The position numbers and the translations under genes are program-made. A stretch of 33,820 nt of DNA from Candidatus Micrarchaeota archaeon. GTDB lineage: Archaea; Micrarchaeota; Micrarchaeia; Burarchaeales; Fermentimicrarchaeaceae. How positions within the stretch are numbered: the first letter of the stretch is position 1; every line of letters starts with the position of its first letter. The DNA lies in the NCBI GenBank assembly GCA_026396455.1, contig JAPLWT010000037.1, forward strand, positions 1 through 33,820, written 5' to 3'. The notes under the pieces are model-generated. The model had not been told where the DNA came from and made no database searches. It saw only the letters and a list, made by a program, of their open reading frames with translations. This document shows positions 1 through 8,728 of this stretch, in pieces.

Positions 1-88
1 ACGTATGATACGGAGCAAGCTGAACCCAATTGGTTAGGCACTATCTTCTTGGCGATATGAATAAATAACGGCGACGGGTAATATCTCT

Positions 89-871
89 GTGAATCGCGAA
101 AAATACGTGTTTTTCTTAGACGTAGACGGTGTGATAACTGATGAATTTGCCAGAGTGGACACCTTACTTCTCTCCGATTTGGAAAGGCTGCAGAAGGACG
201 GTCATAGGTTCATATTTGTTACCGGCAGGTCCTTGAACTGGATGGAAAATAATGTATTTCCGCACCTCAATAGCCCTAACGGCTTCACTTATGTATGCGA
301 ATACGGGAAGGTGATAAGCCATGCTGGCGAAATATCTGTTGAAGGACGAATTCCTCAGAATGTCGAGGATCGAGTTAAAAAAAACGTAGGAAGCTTGTTT
401 GGCGTCTTCTTCGACCAGACAAAGAAAACGCTGGTCACCATAGAAGCTGACCACGCCGTCGCTAAGATGCACCCGGACAAAGTAGAGGCATCCCTTCAGA
501 AAGCAGAGAGGATGCTCGATGCTGTTGCAGAAGGATTAAACATGGACGTTATACGCAGCACCTTCGCAGTGGATATGGTTAAAAAGGGCACGAATAAGGA
601 AGAGGCAGGTAGGAAGGCCCTCGCCTATGTGATTCCAAGCCGGAAGATCATTGTCGTTGGCGACAGCCCAAGAGATTTGGATATGACAAAGCCATTGCGG
701 GCTAGCGGTATACCCCATGAGTTTTATTTCGTGGGCAAGAAGTTGGGCTTTGAGCCAACCCAGCCAAACCAGTTCAAGACGGAAGCGGGCTATTCCGAAG
801 GACTTCGCGAGGTTTTAACTGCGAAAGGTCTTTACGAAGACAAAGCGCGTAGGAAAAACAAACTCGCCTGA
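89..871 (+). CDS. HAD-superfamily hydrolase (Cof/subclass IIB-like phosphatase)
   Basis: Motif I FLDVDGVI, motif II VTGRS, motif III Lys (TNK), motif IV VGDSPRD; GTG start. Confidence 0.85.
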   Translation: MNREKYVFFLDVDGVITDEFARVDTLLLSDLERLQKDGHRFIFVTGRSLNWMENNVFPHLNSPNGFTYVCEYGKVISHAGEISVEGRIPQNVEDRVKKNVGSLFGVFFDQTKKTLVTIEADHAVAKMHPDKVEASLQKAERMLDAVAEGLNMDVIRSTFAVDMVKKGTNKEEAGRKALAYVIPSRKIIVVGDSPRDLDMTKPLRASGIPHEFYFVGKKLGFEPTQPNQFKTEAGYSEGLREVLTAKGLYEDKARRKNKLA

Positions 872-992
872 AAAACTCCCCCAACATTATCATTGCTTCC
901 CAGTGGTCGCGGTTGCTTTGTCCGTTGCAAACGCGGGCTTCTACTTATGATAAACATGACAAAAAGAAATTTTATGGATAGAATGAGATCGA

Positions 993-1361
993 TTATTTTT
1001 TTCGATAGCCAAACAGCTTATCATAATCCGGGTGGGAAATGTAGTCTAGTATAAGGCAAACTATTTCGATTCTATCCCCTTTAATGGTATATATCATCCT
1101 CCAATGATTTACTAAATCGATATCCCATAGGTTGTTTATACCATGTTTCAAAACATACTTTTTAGGGAATAAATTTTTAGGTATTGGATCCCCAAATTGT
1201 CGGTCTCTCTTAAGATTTTCAACACTGTAATTTATCGACTTAAGAAGCCTCTGATTATCGGAATTTGCTATTCCCTTGCTTTTTTCCTCGGCGACAATCC
1301 TCACTAGCTCTTTGTAGGCTTTATCGATTTCTGATTCGAAGACTACCCTGACCGGCCTCAA
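993..1361 (-). CDS. Putative RelE/ParE-fold toxin (mRNA interferase-like)
   Basis: 122 aa basic protein with NLWDIDL..WRMIYTI..ILD..SHPDYD pattern typical of RelE-like folds; TTG start overlaps the upstream gene's stop by 4 nt. Confidence 0.6.
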   Translation of the reverse strand: MRPVRVVFESEIDKAYKELVRIVAEEKSKGIANSDNQRLLKSINYSVENLKRDRQFGDPIPKNLFPKKYVLKHGINNLWDIDLVNHWRMIYTIKGDRIEIVCLILDYISHPDYDKLFGYRKK

Positions 1362-1642
1362 TGTTCCACTCCCTTTTCTATTGCTTCTGCAAGCTTCCTA
1401 CTTGGGTTGTATATCCAGACTATTCCCTTTCTACCTATGACTATCTTACCGCTGTATTCCAGGTATTTTAGTATTACGTTAAGTGTCTGGTGCATAACAC
1501 GGCCTCCCAGGTCTCTTTTTATCTCTTCTCTAGAAACTGCTTTATCTGCATTTTTTAGCAGATCCTCCACTAGTAAGACAGTACTTAGATTAGGATAATG
1601 TATTACGTCATCCTTGTAAAGGGTTTTTGAAAGAGTTGTCAT
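1358..1642 (-). CDS. Winged-helix DNA-binding protein, putative antitoxin/autoregulator
   Basis: 94 aa; helix pattern SREEIKRDL..HQTLNVILKYLEYSGKI followed by a beta wing; AGGTGG SD; translationally coupled to the toxin-like gene. Confidence 0.65.
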   Translation of the reverse strand: MTTLSKTLYKDDVIHYPNLSTVLLVEDLLKNADKAVSREEIKRDLGGRVMHQTLNVILKYLEYSGKIVIGRKGIVWIYNPSRKLAEAIEKGVEH

Positions 1643-1667
1643 TCAACCACCTTTCTAATTTCTAGAT

Positions 1668-1731
1668 TCTAAGTCTTAGATTTGTATATATTTATACATA
1701 TATATCTATATATGTTTATATATAAGGCTTT
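1668..1731 (-). promoter_or_regulatory. BRE/TATA promoter with palindromic operator(s) for the wHTH-toxin pair
   Basis: Minus strand AAAGCCTTATATATAAAC (BRE+TATA, ~1731-1714); inverted repeats ACATATATA-tc-TATATATGT (1696-1715) and TCTAAG-t-CTTAGA (1668-1680). Confidence 0.55.
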
Positions 1732-1828
1732 GGATCCGGAAGATGTTAGAGAGGTGTTCCGGATTCAAAATGTCCTGTTTATTGTGTTGTTGCCCGCTCT
1801 TCTTTAGCTATGCGCAGAGGAGTATGTA

Positions 1829-1927
1829 TCAATGTCGTTTAGGAACTGCTTTCTTCTTTTTCGGCTTCTTTTCCTCAACTTCAGCCTTGCCACCGCAGCA
1901 GAAAGGACATGAATCGCACTCGGACAT
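1829..1927 (-). CDS. Small Cys-rich/basic peptide MSECDSCPFCCGGKAEVEEKKPKKKKAVPKRH (32 aa)
   Basis: Translated by hand; GAAGGTGA SD just upstream of ATG; CxxCxxCC motif then a Lys-rich tail; divergent from L41e. Confidence 0.55.
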   Translation of the reverse strand: MSECDSCPFCCGGKAEVEEKKPKKKKAVPKRH

Positions 1928-2015
1928 TCAAATCACCTTCTTTAAATTGGCATCGGCATTTATATTAATTTATCCTTCCTAAAAAGAATGAGTAAAAGAA
2001 AAGAAAGGTGAATTT

Positions 2016-2129
2016 TTGGGTTCGATCCCTAGAAAATGGAAAAAAGCCGGAAGAATGCGTTGGAAATGGCTTAAGAAGAGAAGAAAGAAGATGAAGAGAA
2101 GGCTGAAGAGGAGAGTAGGAGAACTCTAG
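2016..2129 (+). CDS. rpl41e: Ribosomal protein L41e (eL41/aS32), 37 aa MGSIPRKWKKAGRMRWKWLKKRRKKMKRRLKRRVGEL
   Basis: Not in ORF track; GGTGA SD then TTG at 2016 (alternative ATG 2055); PRKWKKxGRMRWKW signature of archaeal L41e. Confidence 0.85.
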   Translation: MGSIPRKWKKAGRMRWKWLKKRRKKMKRRLKRRVGEL

Positions 2130-2740
2130 GCACCAGTCCAGTTCCTTACCACGTACCTCCCTCTTTTCTCTATTTCTGCAAGTTGCTCCATGACCTCTGG
2201 GTACCTGTTATACTTTTCATATCCGGAGAGTAAGCTCCTGTAGGCGCTTTCGTTTCCGAGAGATTTCTTCATGAGCAAAACATCTATTGCCTTCTCCTCT
2301 GGATCTTTTGAGAAGCCACCAAGCCCGAAATCTATGAAAAAAACTTTTCCTTTGCTTACCATGATATTTGCAGTTGTAAAATCCCCATGAACCACGTCGG
2401 CAGAATGCAGACTCGCCAATGCTTCCCCAACTGCCCTCACCATCCTGCTTAACCCGCGCGTTTTATGCTTTCTGATGAAATCTCTCAGCAGCACTCCATC
2501 TATGAAACTGAGCTTGATTTCAAAATCCCCTATTTCGTATATGGAGGGGCAAGCAACTCCTGCCTCTTTTGCTGAATGCAGCAGAGATGCCTCACTCCTT
2601 GTCCTGCTCTTTCTTAGGGGCACGTCTATTTCGCGTATCCTGTACTTTTTGGGTACTCTTTTCTTTCTGACAATGCTCTTGCCCAGAAGCGTATCCAGGT
2701 AAAGCTCTGCCTCAGCCCCTCTTGCAAGGAATTCTGCCAT
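2126..2740 (-). CDS. bud32: KEOPS complex kinase/ATPase Bud32
   Basis: RGAEA P-loop, KKRVPKKYR, HGDFTTAN catalytic loop, IDFGL, C-terminal RGRY; likely start MAEFL (ORF extends to 2755). Confidence 0.95.
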   Translation of the reverse strand: MAEFLARGAEAELYLDTLLGKSIVRKKRVPKKYRIREIDVPLRKSRTRSEASLLHSAKEAGVACPSIYEIGDFEIKLSFIDGVLLRDFIRKHKTRGLSRMVRAVGEALASLHSADVVHGDFTTANIMVSKGKVFFIDFGLGGFSKDPEEKAIDVLLMKKSLGNESAYRSLLSGYEKYNRYPEVMEQLAEIEKRGRYVVRNWTGA

Positions 2741-2787
2741 GCAGATGGTTAGCACTAGGATGAATATATACTTTGAGAATCAGGTGC

Positions 2788-3108
2788 TCATTGCATCTCT
2801 TTCATAGCTGCGTGGAGGACAATCATCACGATGTACACTATGAACGCCCAGAATATCAAATCTACGAAAGCGCCCCCAAAGTTTATTGCCCCCGTCTGCC
2901 ATCCTTTGTATGTGTTGTAGCTGAACCATCCGTAGGGGTAGCCGTTAATTATATTCTGACCAATGCAACTGGTGAGGCAGGGAAAACTTTTGAAATATGC
3001 TCCGGTTATTAAGGTTATTAGTAAGCCTATCAATAGAGAATAGAACACTCCGTCACTCACTCTGGGTGCTACAAACTTCTTGGCCACAGGTGCCTTCTTT
3101 CTCGGCAT
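2788..3108 (-). CDS. Hypothetical membrane protein (2 TM, GYPYGW loop)
   Basis: GGTGA SD; two hydrophobic helices flanking a loop with two Cys and GYP. Confidence 0.7.
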   Translation of the reverse strand: MPRKKAPVAKKFVAPRVSDGVFYSLLIGLLITLITGAYFKSFPCLTSCIGQNIINGYPYGWFSYNTYKGWQTGAINFGGAFVDLIFWAFIVYIVMIVLHAAMKEMQ

Positions 3109-3210
3109 AAGGTATCACCAATAGGGTTAGTATAACCCCATTAATAAAGATAACTCTTAACAAATGTGCAAACCATAATCTTATATACCAAGGTTAGTAA
3201 TAATAGTTCC

Positions 3211-4662
3211 ATGGGATACAGAAAAGCGCAGGTATCCGGATTGGATCTTATACTCGCACTTATGCTTTTTTTAACTGTACTGGTACTATTCACGATTTTG
3301 TGGGATATGGTGCACTACAATGTCAAGTCCAGTGCAAATGCAGACTTAATAGCGATAGAAGTTGCAAACAAATTGCTGGACAGCCCCGGTTACCCCTATG
3401 ATTGGAGTAATGAAACCAACGTGCAGGTTATAGGACTTTCCTCAGAGAGAGGAGTTATTGACCAGGCAAAATTAGAAAATCTGCTTAAAATGCTAAATAC
3501 ATCGCGACCTGATTTCGAGGATACATACAATTTGGTTCGGGAGCTTCTTGGCTTGGGACCGTATCAGCTGTGCATCAACCTGACGGACGAAGTTGGCAAC
3601 CCCATCAAGATTGATAATCAAAACGCTGCAGGTGGAAACTGCAACATTAGTGGCACGAGCGCTAGCAGCGTGAAAAGAACCGCCTTGTATGGACAGATAA
3701 CTGTGCATAACAACTCTATAACATTTATTTTCGACTCCTCCGGGAGTATGGGCTGGTACTCAACTTCACTAGGGAGCGCAACTGGCACACTCTCAAGCTC
3801 GTGGGTTAATGCATACAACGTTACATTCCCTCCGGCATCAGACAATTTTGATTTTGTGTTGGAAACCAATGATAGCAGCGGCTTTAATGGCAGAATAAAT
3901 GTCACGAGCCCGTCAGGAATAAAGTACGGATGCAGAGACAGCAACCCAACATGCGGCTCGTGCGGTACAGGATGCACACCCACACACTACAGCGGGGCAG
4001 ACTATCTGAATTTCTTAAGCTCACGGTGGGAAACTGGCGTGTGGAAGGTTTATGTAAGAAAGTATGGCACTACAAACCCCCTTTCATTTGATATGATGGC
4101 GCAGACACCAGCAATAAGAGTGGATGCGGCAAAGACTGCAACAAATGCATTCGTTGATGTAATCTCAAACGAATCAAAGGGAGTTGATGAGATGTCACTT
4201 TTCCGATTCAACCCCAATTCCTGCAGTTGCAATCCCTGTTGGCAGAGAATTCAGGATTTCACGAGTATCTACCCCAACATCAAAACATCAGTAAATTCAA
4301 TAACCGCCGGTGGAGGTACGCCACTTGATGCATCCCTAAGAGCTGCTGCGGATTATACAAACAGCAGTGCCGCTCATAACAAACACAGAATGATAATAGT
4401 TGTCTCCGATGGAAGTGAGACATGCAATGGGAATGTAGTCAGCGCAGCAACCTATGCCGCAGATAAGGTTGAGAAAATATGCACTGTTGGATTCGCTCAG
4501 GGCTCCACTGGGGAAGCTCAACTTAAGCAGGTAGCTGCTATTGGCAAATGCCAGTATTACGCAGCCAAGAATGAGCAGGAACTTGAGCTGGCACTAAAAC
4601 GGATATATTTCGGGCAGCTTGAGAAACAGAAGGTAATCCTTAACATAGTGGTGTGGAGATGA
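3211..4662 (+). CDS. Class III signal-peptide (pilin-like) protein with VWA domain, putative pilus adhesin
   Basis: N-terminus RKA|QVSGLDLILAL; MIDAS FDSSGS, GGTPL and VVSDG; Cys-rich insert inside the VWA domain. Confidence 0.8.
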   Translation: MGYRKAQVSGLDLILALMLFLTVLVLFTILWDMVHYNVKSSANADLIAIEVANKLLDSPGYPYDWSNETNVQVIGLSSERGVIDQAKLENLLKMLNTSRPDFEDTYNLVRELLGLGPYQLCINLTDEVGNPIKIDNQNAAGGNCNISGTSASSVKRTALYGQITVHNNSITFIFDSSGSMGWYSTSLGSATGTLSSSWVNAYNVTFPPASDNFDFVLETNDSSGFNGRINVTSPSGIKYGCRDSNPTCGSCGTGCTPTHYSGADYLNFLSSRWETGVWKVYVRKYGTTNPLSFDMMAQTPAIRVDAAKTATNAFVDVISNESKGVDEMSLFRFNPNSCSCNPCWQRIQDFTSIYPNIKTSVNSITAGGGTPLDASLRAAADYTNSSAAHNKHRMIIVVSDGSETCNGNVVSAATYAADKVEKICTVGFAQGSTGEAQLKQVAAIGKCQYYAAKNEQELELALKRIYFGQLEKQKVILNIVVWR

Positions 4663-5090
4663 GGAGAGGCGTTGTTTTCACGCTTGACGCGCTTGTTGCG
4701 GTTGTAATTGCCATCACCGCATTAACTGTCATAATGCAACTGCTGAGCCTCAGGAGTGGCGAGTGGTATAAAGAAATTGCTTTGTACAACTCAGCACAGG
4801 ATTTTTTAACTTCAAGAGACAAGGATGGAACTCTTGATGCTATATTTAACCAAACGGATTCAGATGCAATAGCAACTCTTAATAGTCTGATTTCAGTTCA
4901 GATTCCTCCGAGCATGGTTGCCAGAATAAATGTTACAGTTTGCACTTATGAGGGTAGTTTTGCCTGCAACAGGAACTTCACTGCTGGCCAAGCTGGCACA
5001 ACGCAGACTCGGAGCGTAGTGAGGAGGGTCTTCACCGACACCAACAACAACTACTACGGAATTGCAACTATGGAGGTCGGGTATAGTTGA
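4659..5090 (+). CDS. Pilin-like protein with class III signal peptide
   Basis: MRRG|VVFTLDALVAVVIAI; ATGA overlap with the upstream stop. Confidence 0.75.
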   Translation: MRRGVVFTLDALVAVVIAITALTVIMQLLSLRSGEWYKEIALYNSAQDFLTSRDKDGTLDAIFNQTDSDAIATLNSLISVQIPPSMVARINVTVCTYEGSFACNRNFTAGQAGTTQTRSVVRRVFTDTNNNYYGIATMEVGYS

Positions 5091-5989
5091 AGAAAGGGTT
5101 TATACTCACTGCCATTGCTACGGTCCTATTCGTATTGCTCATAGACGCAGCTTTTCAGTACTCCAGAAGCTCTTCCGCCTACTCCCAAAGGGTTTCAGAG
5201 ATGATAGTTTCAGAAAAGGTGGGTTATATCTTTGATGACATAACTGAGGACGTGACGAACATAACTGGTATTAACCTAACCCAGCAACAGTCCGACTTGG
5301 TGTTAGTTGATGCACTTCCAGCAACAAACATTACTTCGAATTTGGCTCTCTATGAAGACTTTGTGAGAAGTAGGTACCTGAGTGCCGAATTGGAAGCAAC
5401 GTTCCTGACTCCGGATGAACAGCAGACTAATCTGACCAACCTCACAAGCCAGATTATTGTGCAACCATTCGGCATGACATATAACTACACTAATTTTTCA
5501 AAGAATGACCTTTTCATCCAAATTCCTTATGCCCAGTCCGCTGCAATCAATAAGGTATACTACAACATCTCAGTGAACGGCAGCAATTTCACAGATTTTG
5601 CAGGTATAACTTGGAACCCAAGCCCGCAACCGTGCAGTATTGGTACAATCGGCTGCATTCACTTTTACCTGGAGGTGGACGATGGCTTAAATCAGAAGTA
5701 CACTTCTGCCGAAACCCTTGTTGATCTGAACAAGACTGCCGGCTACTTGAACATAAGTTTCGTTAACCAGAGCTGCTCGATAGAAATGTGGATGGGCAAT
5801 AAATCCGGCCAGTCATATTTATTAGACATGGGAATACATGGCTGCCAAGTTAAAAGCGTGATAGATTTCAACTTCAACAGCAGCAATTTCTGGCTGTACT
5901 ACCCAATGAAGCTTAAGGTTAGAGATTTAAATTACAACACGTCTAAGGAGGACAACATAGACCTAATTATGACTAGGCTTATCAAGTAA
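5087..5989 (+). CDS. Pilin-like secreted glycoprotein with class III signal peptide
   Basis: MKKG|FILTAIATVLF; many NxS/T sequons; TTGA overlap with the upstream stop. Confidence 0.7.
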   Translation: MKKGFILTAIATVLFVLLIDAAFQYSRSSSAYSQRVSEMIVSEKVGYIFDDITEDVTNITGINLTQQQSDLVLVDALPATNITSNLALYEDFVRSRYLSAELEATFLTPDEQQTNLTNLTSQIIVQPFGMTYNYTNFSKNDLFIQIPYAQSAAINKVYYNISVNGSNFTDFAGITWNPSPQPCSIGTIGCIHFYLEVDDGLNQKYTSAETLVDLNKTAGYLNISFVNQSCSIEMWMGNKSGQSYLLDMGIHGCQVKSVIDFNFNSSNFWLYYPMKLKVRDLNYNTSKEDNIDLIMTRLIK

Positions 5990-5994
5990 TAATG

Positions 5995-6963
5995 CTACCA
6001 ACTCACTTCCGCTTCATCAACACGCATTTTCTGGACAGCTCTGCACTCACTGAGCTTCATTCTGACGCCGGCTTTATACATGAGATTTGCAGTGACAGCT
6101 ATCATGGCTCCGTTGTCTGCATTGAACTGACCTTCGGTTACAAATAGCCTGCAACCATGCGGCTTTGCCATCTGACGGAGCATCTCCTGAAGCCTCGTGT
6201 TCTGAGCAACTCCCCCACAGAGTATCAGCTCCCTCCTCTTTGTCAGCGCGAGCGCCCTTTCTGCTGCCTCCGCTAGCATAGAAAAAGCAGTTTCCTGCAG
6301 CGAGTAGCACACATCCTCCTTGCTGTGAGTTTTAAGGCTGTTCTGGGCATCTGTAAGCAAGCCTGTGAACACAAGATCCATACCCTTGACGGAGTATGGG
6401 AGAGGGGAGTAGTTCCCTTTCTTCGCAAGTTCCTCGATGACAGAGCCGTGCGCATGTTTCAGGCCCATACTTCTTCCGATAGAATCTATGAGATTCCCAA
6501 GCCCGATATCGAGCGTCTCTCCCATAACCCGGTATTTTCTACCTTCCAGAACTATTATCTGGGTATTCCCACCGCTGACATAGACTACAAGCGGATTCCT
6601 GCATCCGCAGAGAGTTCTTGCTATCTCGATATGCGCCAAAGCATGGTTCACGCCCAGTATGGGAGTACCAAGAACCTGCGAAAGCATCTTTGCTCCGACC
6701 AGCCCTATTTTTAGGCATGCCCCCAACCCCGGCCCCATAGTGAATGCGATGAGCTCTATCTCACCAAGTTCTACGTTGCTTTTCTCAATAGCCCTTTCGA
6801 GCATGGGCTCAAATTCTTTTGACAGGAAGTCCGCAGCCTTTCTGGGATGTATGCCTACATATTTCGGCTTGTAGGTGCTTCTCTCATTAGCCAGAACCTT
6901 CGCTCCATCAGCCACCCCTACTCCGATGGTATGCGCGCTGCTCTCTATACCTATGCATATCAT
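5995..6963 (-). CDS. kae1: tRNA N6-threonylcarbamoyltransferase Kae1 (KEOPS)
   Basis: GIESSAHT, GPG, VNHALAH metal site, YVSGGNTQ, GETLD, GGVAQN, DNGAMIA. Confidence 0.97.
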   Translation of the reverse strand: MICIGIESSAHTIGVGVADGAKVLANERSTYKPKYVGIHPRKAADFLSKEFEPMLERAIEKSNVELGEIELIAFTMGPGLGACLKIGLVGAKMLSQVLGTPILGVNHALAHIEIARTLCGCRNPLVVYVSGGNTQIIVLEGRKYRVMGETLDIGLGNLIDSIGRSMGLKHAHGSVIEELAKKGNYSPLPYSVKGMDLVFTGLLTDAQNSLKTHSKEDVCYSLQETAFSMLAEAAERALALTKRRELILCGGVAQNTRLQEMLRQMAKPHGCRLFVTEGQFNADNGAMIAVTANLMYKAGVRMKLSECRAVQKMRVDEAEVSW

Positions 6964-7733
6964 AGACTAGCACCAACAACGTAGAGGATTAGTACAGTGA
7001 CGAAGTTGAACAATGCATGGGCTGTGATTGCAGGTATCAGAGAACCGCTCCTCCTCTTCATAACAGCGAAAGCAAGGCCTGCAGTGAAAGCTACCGCAAA
7101 CTCTGCTACCGAGCCATAGGTGAAGTGCGCCAGAGCGAATAGCAGTGATGAGAGTACTATCCCAATTCGGCCAAGCAGGAATCCCCTGAAAAATACCTCC
7201 TCCGCAATTGGGGTGAAAGTGAAGGAGAATACTACCATATACAAAGGCAGCGATTTGATTACTTTTGCTACTGCACCAGGGGTATCGAATCCGAGGTATA
7301 CTATGGTGATGCTCTCAAGTTCTGTTAGGATCAGGATGAATACAGCCGCAAGCAACCCAAAAGCCACATTCCACCAGAATTTATCTATTTTGATCCCAAA
7401 AGAGTTGAGAGTTTTGCCCAGAGATGCTTTTTTCACTTCCATGTTCCAGAAGAATGGGAGGACCAAAAGGCTGAATGAAATCATAAGCGAGGGGGCATAG
7501 GCAACATATTCGGAGAATATTGCGAATAGCAGATAGGAGAGTGCTGCCCCTAAGCCCGCAATTTTTCCGTATCTTTTGATTATCTCCACGATGATAGCTG
7601 TAAGAAATATGAAAATCGTAGCAACAGACACAACCGGCGGCAGATTCGATCTAATGATGAGCGATGCAATAGTGGACAAAGAGCCGAAAGATAGGATCAG
7701 GATGAGTAGCCTCAGCACTCTCTCCTTCTGCAT
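6960..7733 (-). CDS. CPBP (CAAX/Rce1-like) intramembrane glutamic endopeptidase
   Basis: Multi-TM; EEVFFRG, FALAH and HALFN motifs. Confidence 0.9.
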   Translation of the reverse strand: MQKERVLRLLILILSFGSLSTIASLIIRSNLPPVVSVATIFIFLTAIIVEIIKRYGKIAGLGAALSYLLFAIFSEYVAYAPSLMISFSLLVLPFFWNMEVKKASLGKTLNSFGIKIDKFWWNVAFGLLAAVFILILTELESITIVYLGFDTPGAVAKVIKSLPLYMVVFSFTFTPIAEEVFFRGFLLGRIGIVLSSLLFALAHFTYGSVAEFAVAFTAGLAFAVMKRRSGSLIPAITAHALFNFVTVLILYVVGASL

Positions 7734-7737
7734 TATA

Positions 7738-7875
7738 TTACCTTCTCGTCTCGAGATAGCCGCATCTTCCGCAGGAGAACCTGTCCTTATGCTCTGCGAG
7801 ATGCACTCCGCTGCCGCATTTAGGGCAGGAGCGTCTTTGTTTGTATTGCTTAATTTGTTTCTTTTTTTCAGCCAC
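7738..7875 (-). CDS. rps27ae: 30S ribosomal protein S27ae (eS31), 45 aa
   Basis: Not in ORF track; GTG start, (M)[44 protein letters not shown]; directly after S24e. Confidence 0.92.
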   Translation of the reverse strand: MAEKKKQIKQYKQRRSCPKCGSGVHLAEHKDRFSCGRCGYLETRR

Positions 7876-8209
7876 TCTTCTCACCCTTTTCCTCTTTTGC
7901 GGGTGCTTTGGGTTCGGCGGGTTTAGCTTCCTTCTTCACCCCAGCATCCCTCTCGAGTTTGTATTTGCTCTCGATAGCCATAGCACCCTTATCAGAGTAA
8001 ACTTTAGCGTATCCTTTCAACTCCTGCTTGCCATAGCCCTGTTCAAGAATGTCTATTACTAGAAGAGAGCCGTCAGCACCAAGCTTCGAAGAGAGCAACT
8101 CCTTTACTTCTTTTCTGCTAGGCGTCGGACCAGAGAAGCTCAGTGTAAACTTCACCTCTTTTCTCTTAAGGAGAGCATTGTCTCTCTGTTCTGTTATTTT
8201 AATGTTCAT
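7868..8209 (-). CDS. rps24e: 30S ribosomal protein S24e
   Basis: [22 protein letters not shown] motifs. Confidence 0.95.
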   Translation of the reverse strand: MNIKITEQRDNALLKRKEVKFTLSFSGPTPSRKEVKELLSSKLGADGSLLVIDILEQGYGKQELKGYAKVYSDKGAMAIESKYKLERDAGVKKEAKPAEPKAPAKEEKGEKSG

Positions 8210-8210
8210 G

Positions 8211-8606
8211 TTAACCCCTCACCCTATTTATCAGTTTTTTACCCATGCTTTCCATGTATTCGATTTCCTTGCCAGCGAGCAGCTCATTCTTCATCTCAGC
8301 AGGTATTGGTATTTCAAAAGTGCTGTAGTCATCAAGGTCCATTATCTGGGCGTTATCTCCGGTTATGGATACCACCTGGCCAGTTTTCCTCTCAATAACA
8401 GGTATTTCGGCATCGGCATCCGATGGTTTTAGAAGAGTTCTCTTCTGGTTGTCAAAAATGCCAATTGCGGTTACCCTCATCTTTGCAGCTCCATGCTTGC
8501 CTGGCGCAGAGCTCTCAATCCCCACTATCCTGCAAGGGACATCGTCTATGAGCACGTATTTTCCGACTTTCAGATCCTTCATGACTCCAAATGCTTTATC
8601 GTTCAT
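8211..8606 (-). CDS. eif5a: Translation factor aIF-5A
   Basis: Hypusination motif SAPGKHGAAK; AQIMDLDDYSTFE; ATG at 8606 after GGTG SD. Confidence 0.97.
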   Translation of the reverse strand: MNDKAFGVMKDLKVGKYVLIDDVPCRIVGIESSAPGKHGAAKMRVTAIGIFDNQKRTLLKPSDADAEIPVIERKTGQVVSITGDNAQIMDLDDYSTFEIPIPAEMKNELLAGKEIEYMESMGKKLINRVRG

Positions 8607-8692
8607 CGCCAACACCTACTATATTCTCTACCTTCTATTTTTTAAACATTCGGCTTTGCGTATGATAATTCTCACTTGGAAAGTTACCCCTC

Positions 8693-8707
8693 CCAGAAGT
8701 TTATAAA
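8693..8707 (+). promoter_or_regulatory. BRE/TATA promoter for a leaderless tnpB transcript
   Basis: CCAGAAG-TTTATAAA ending ~22 nt before the tnpB ATG; no SD. Confidence 0.55.
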
Positions 8708-8728
8708 TGCAGAAAATGACGTCTTATC

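Noticed and set aside
1-60. 3' end of an upstream CDS (TYDTEQAEPNWLGTIFLAI*)
   Set aside because: Too short to support; competes with the attC-like interpretation.
1732-1766. Hairpin GGATCCGGAA..TTCCGGATTC containing GTTAGAG as an attC end
   Set aside because: The GTT lies inside the loop and there is no matching RYYYAAC; function unassigned.
1743-1982. 79-aa plus-strand ORF
   Set aside because: Antisense shadow of the 32-aa SD-bearing peptide; Phe/Cys-rich composition typical of a reverse-frame artefact.
2126-2129. Convergent genes sharing 4-nt stop overlaps (also 16576-16579 and 21451-21454)
   Set aside because: Ordinary consequence of genome compaction.
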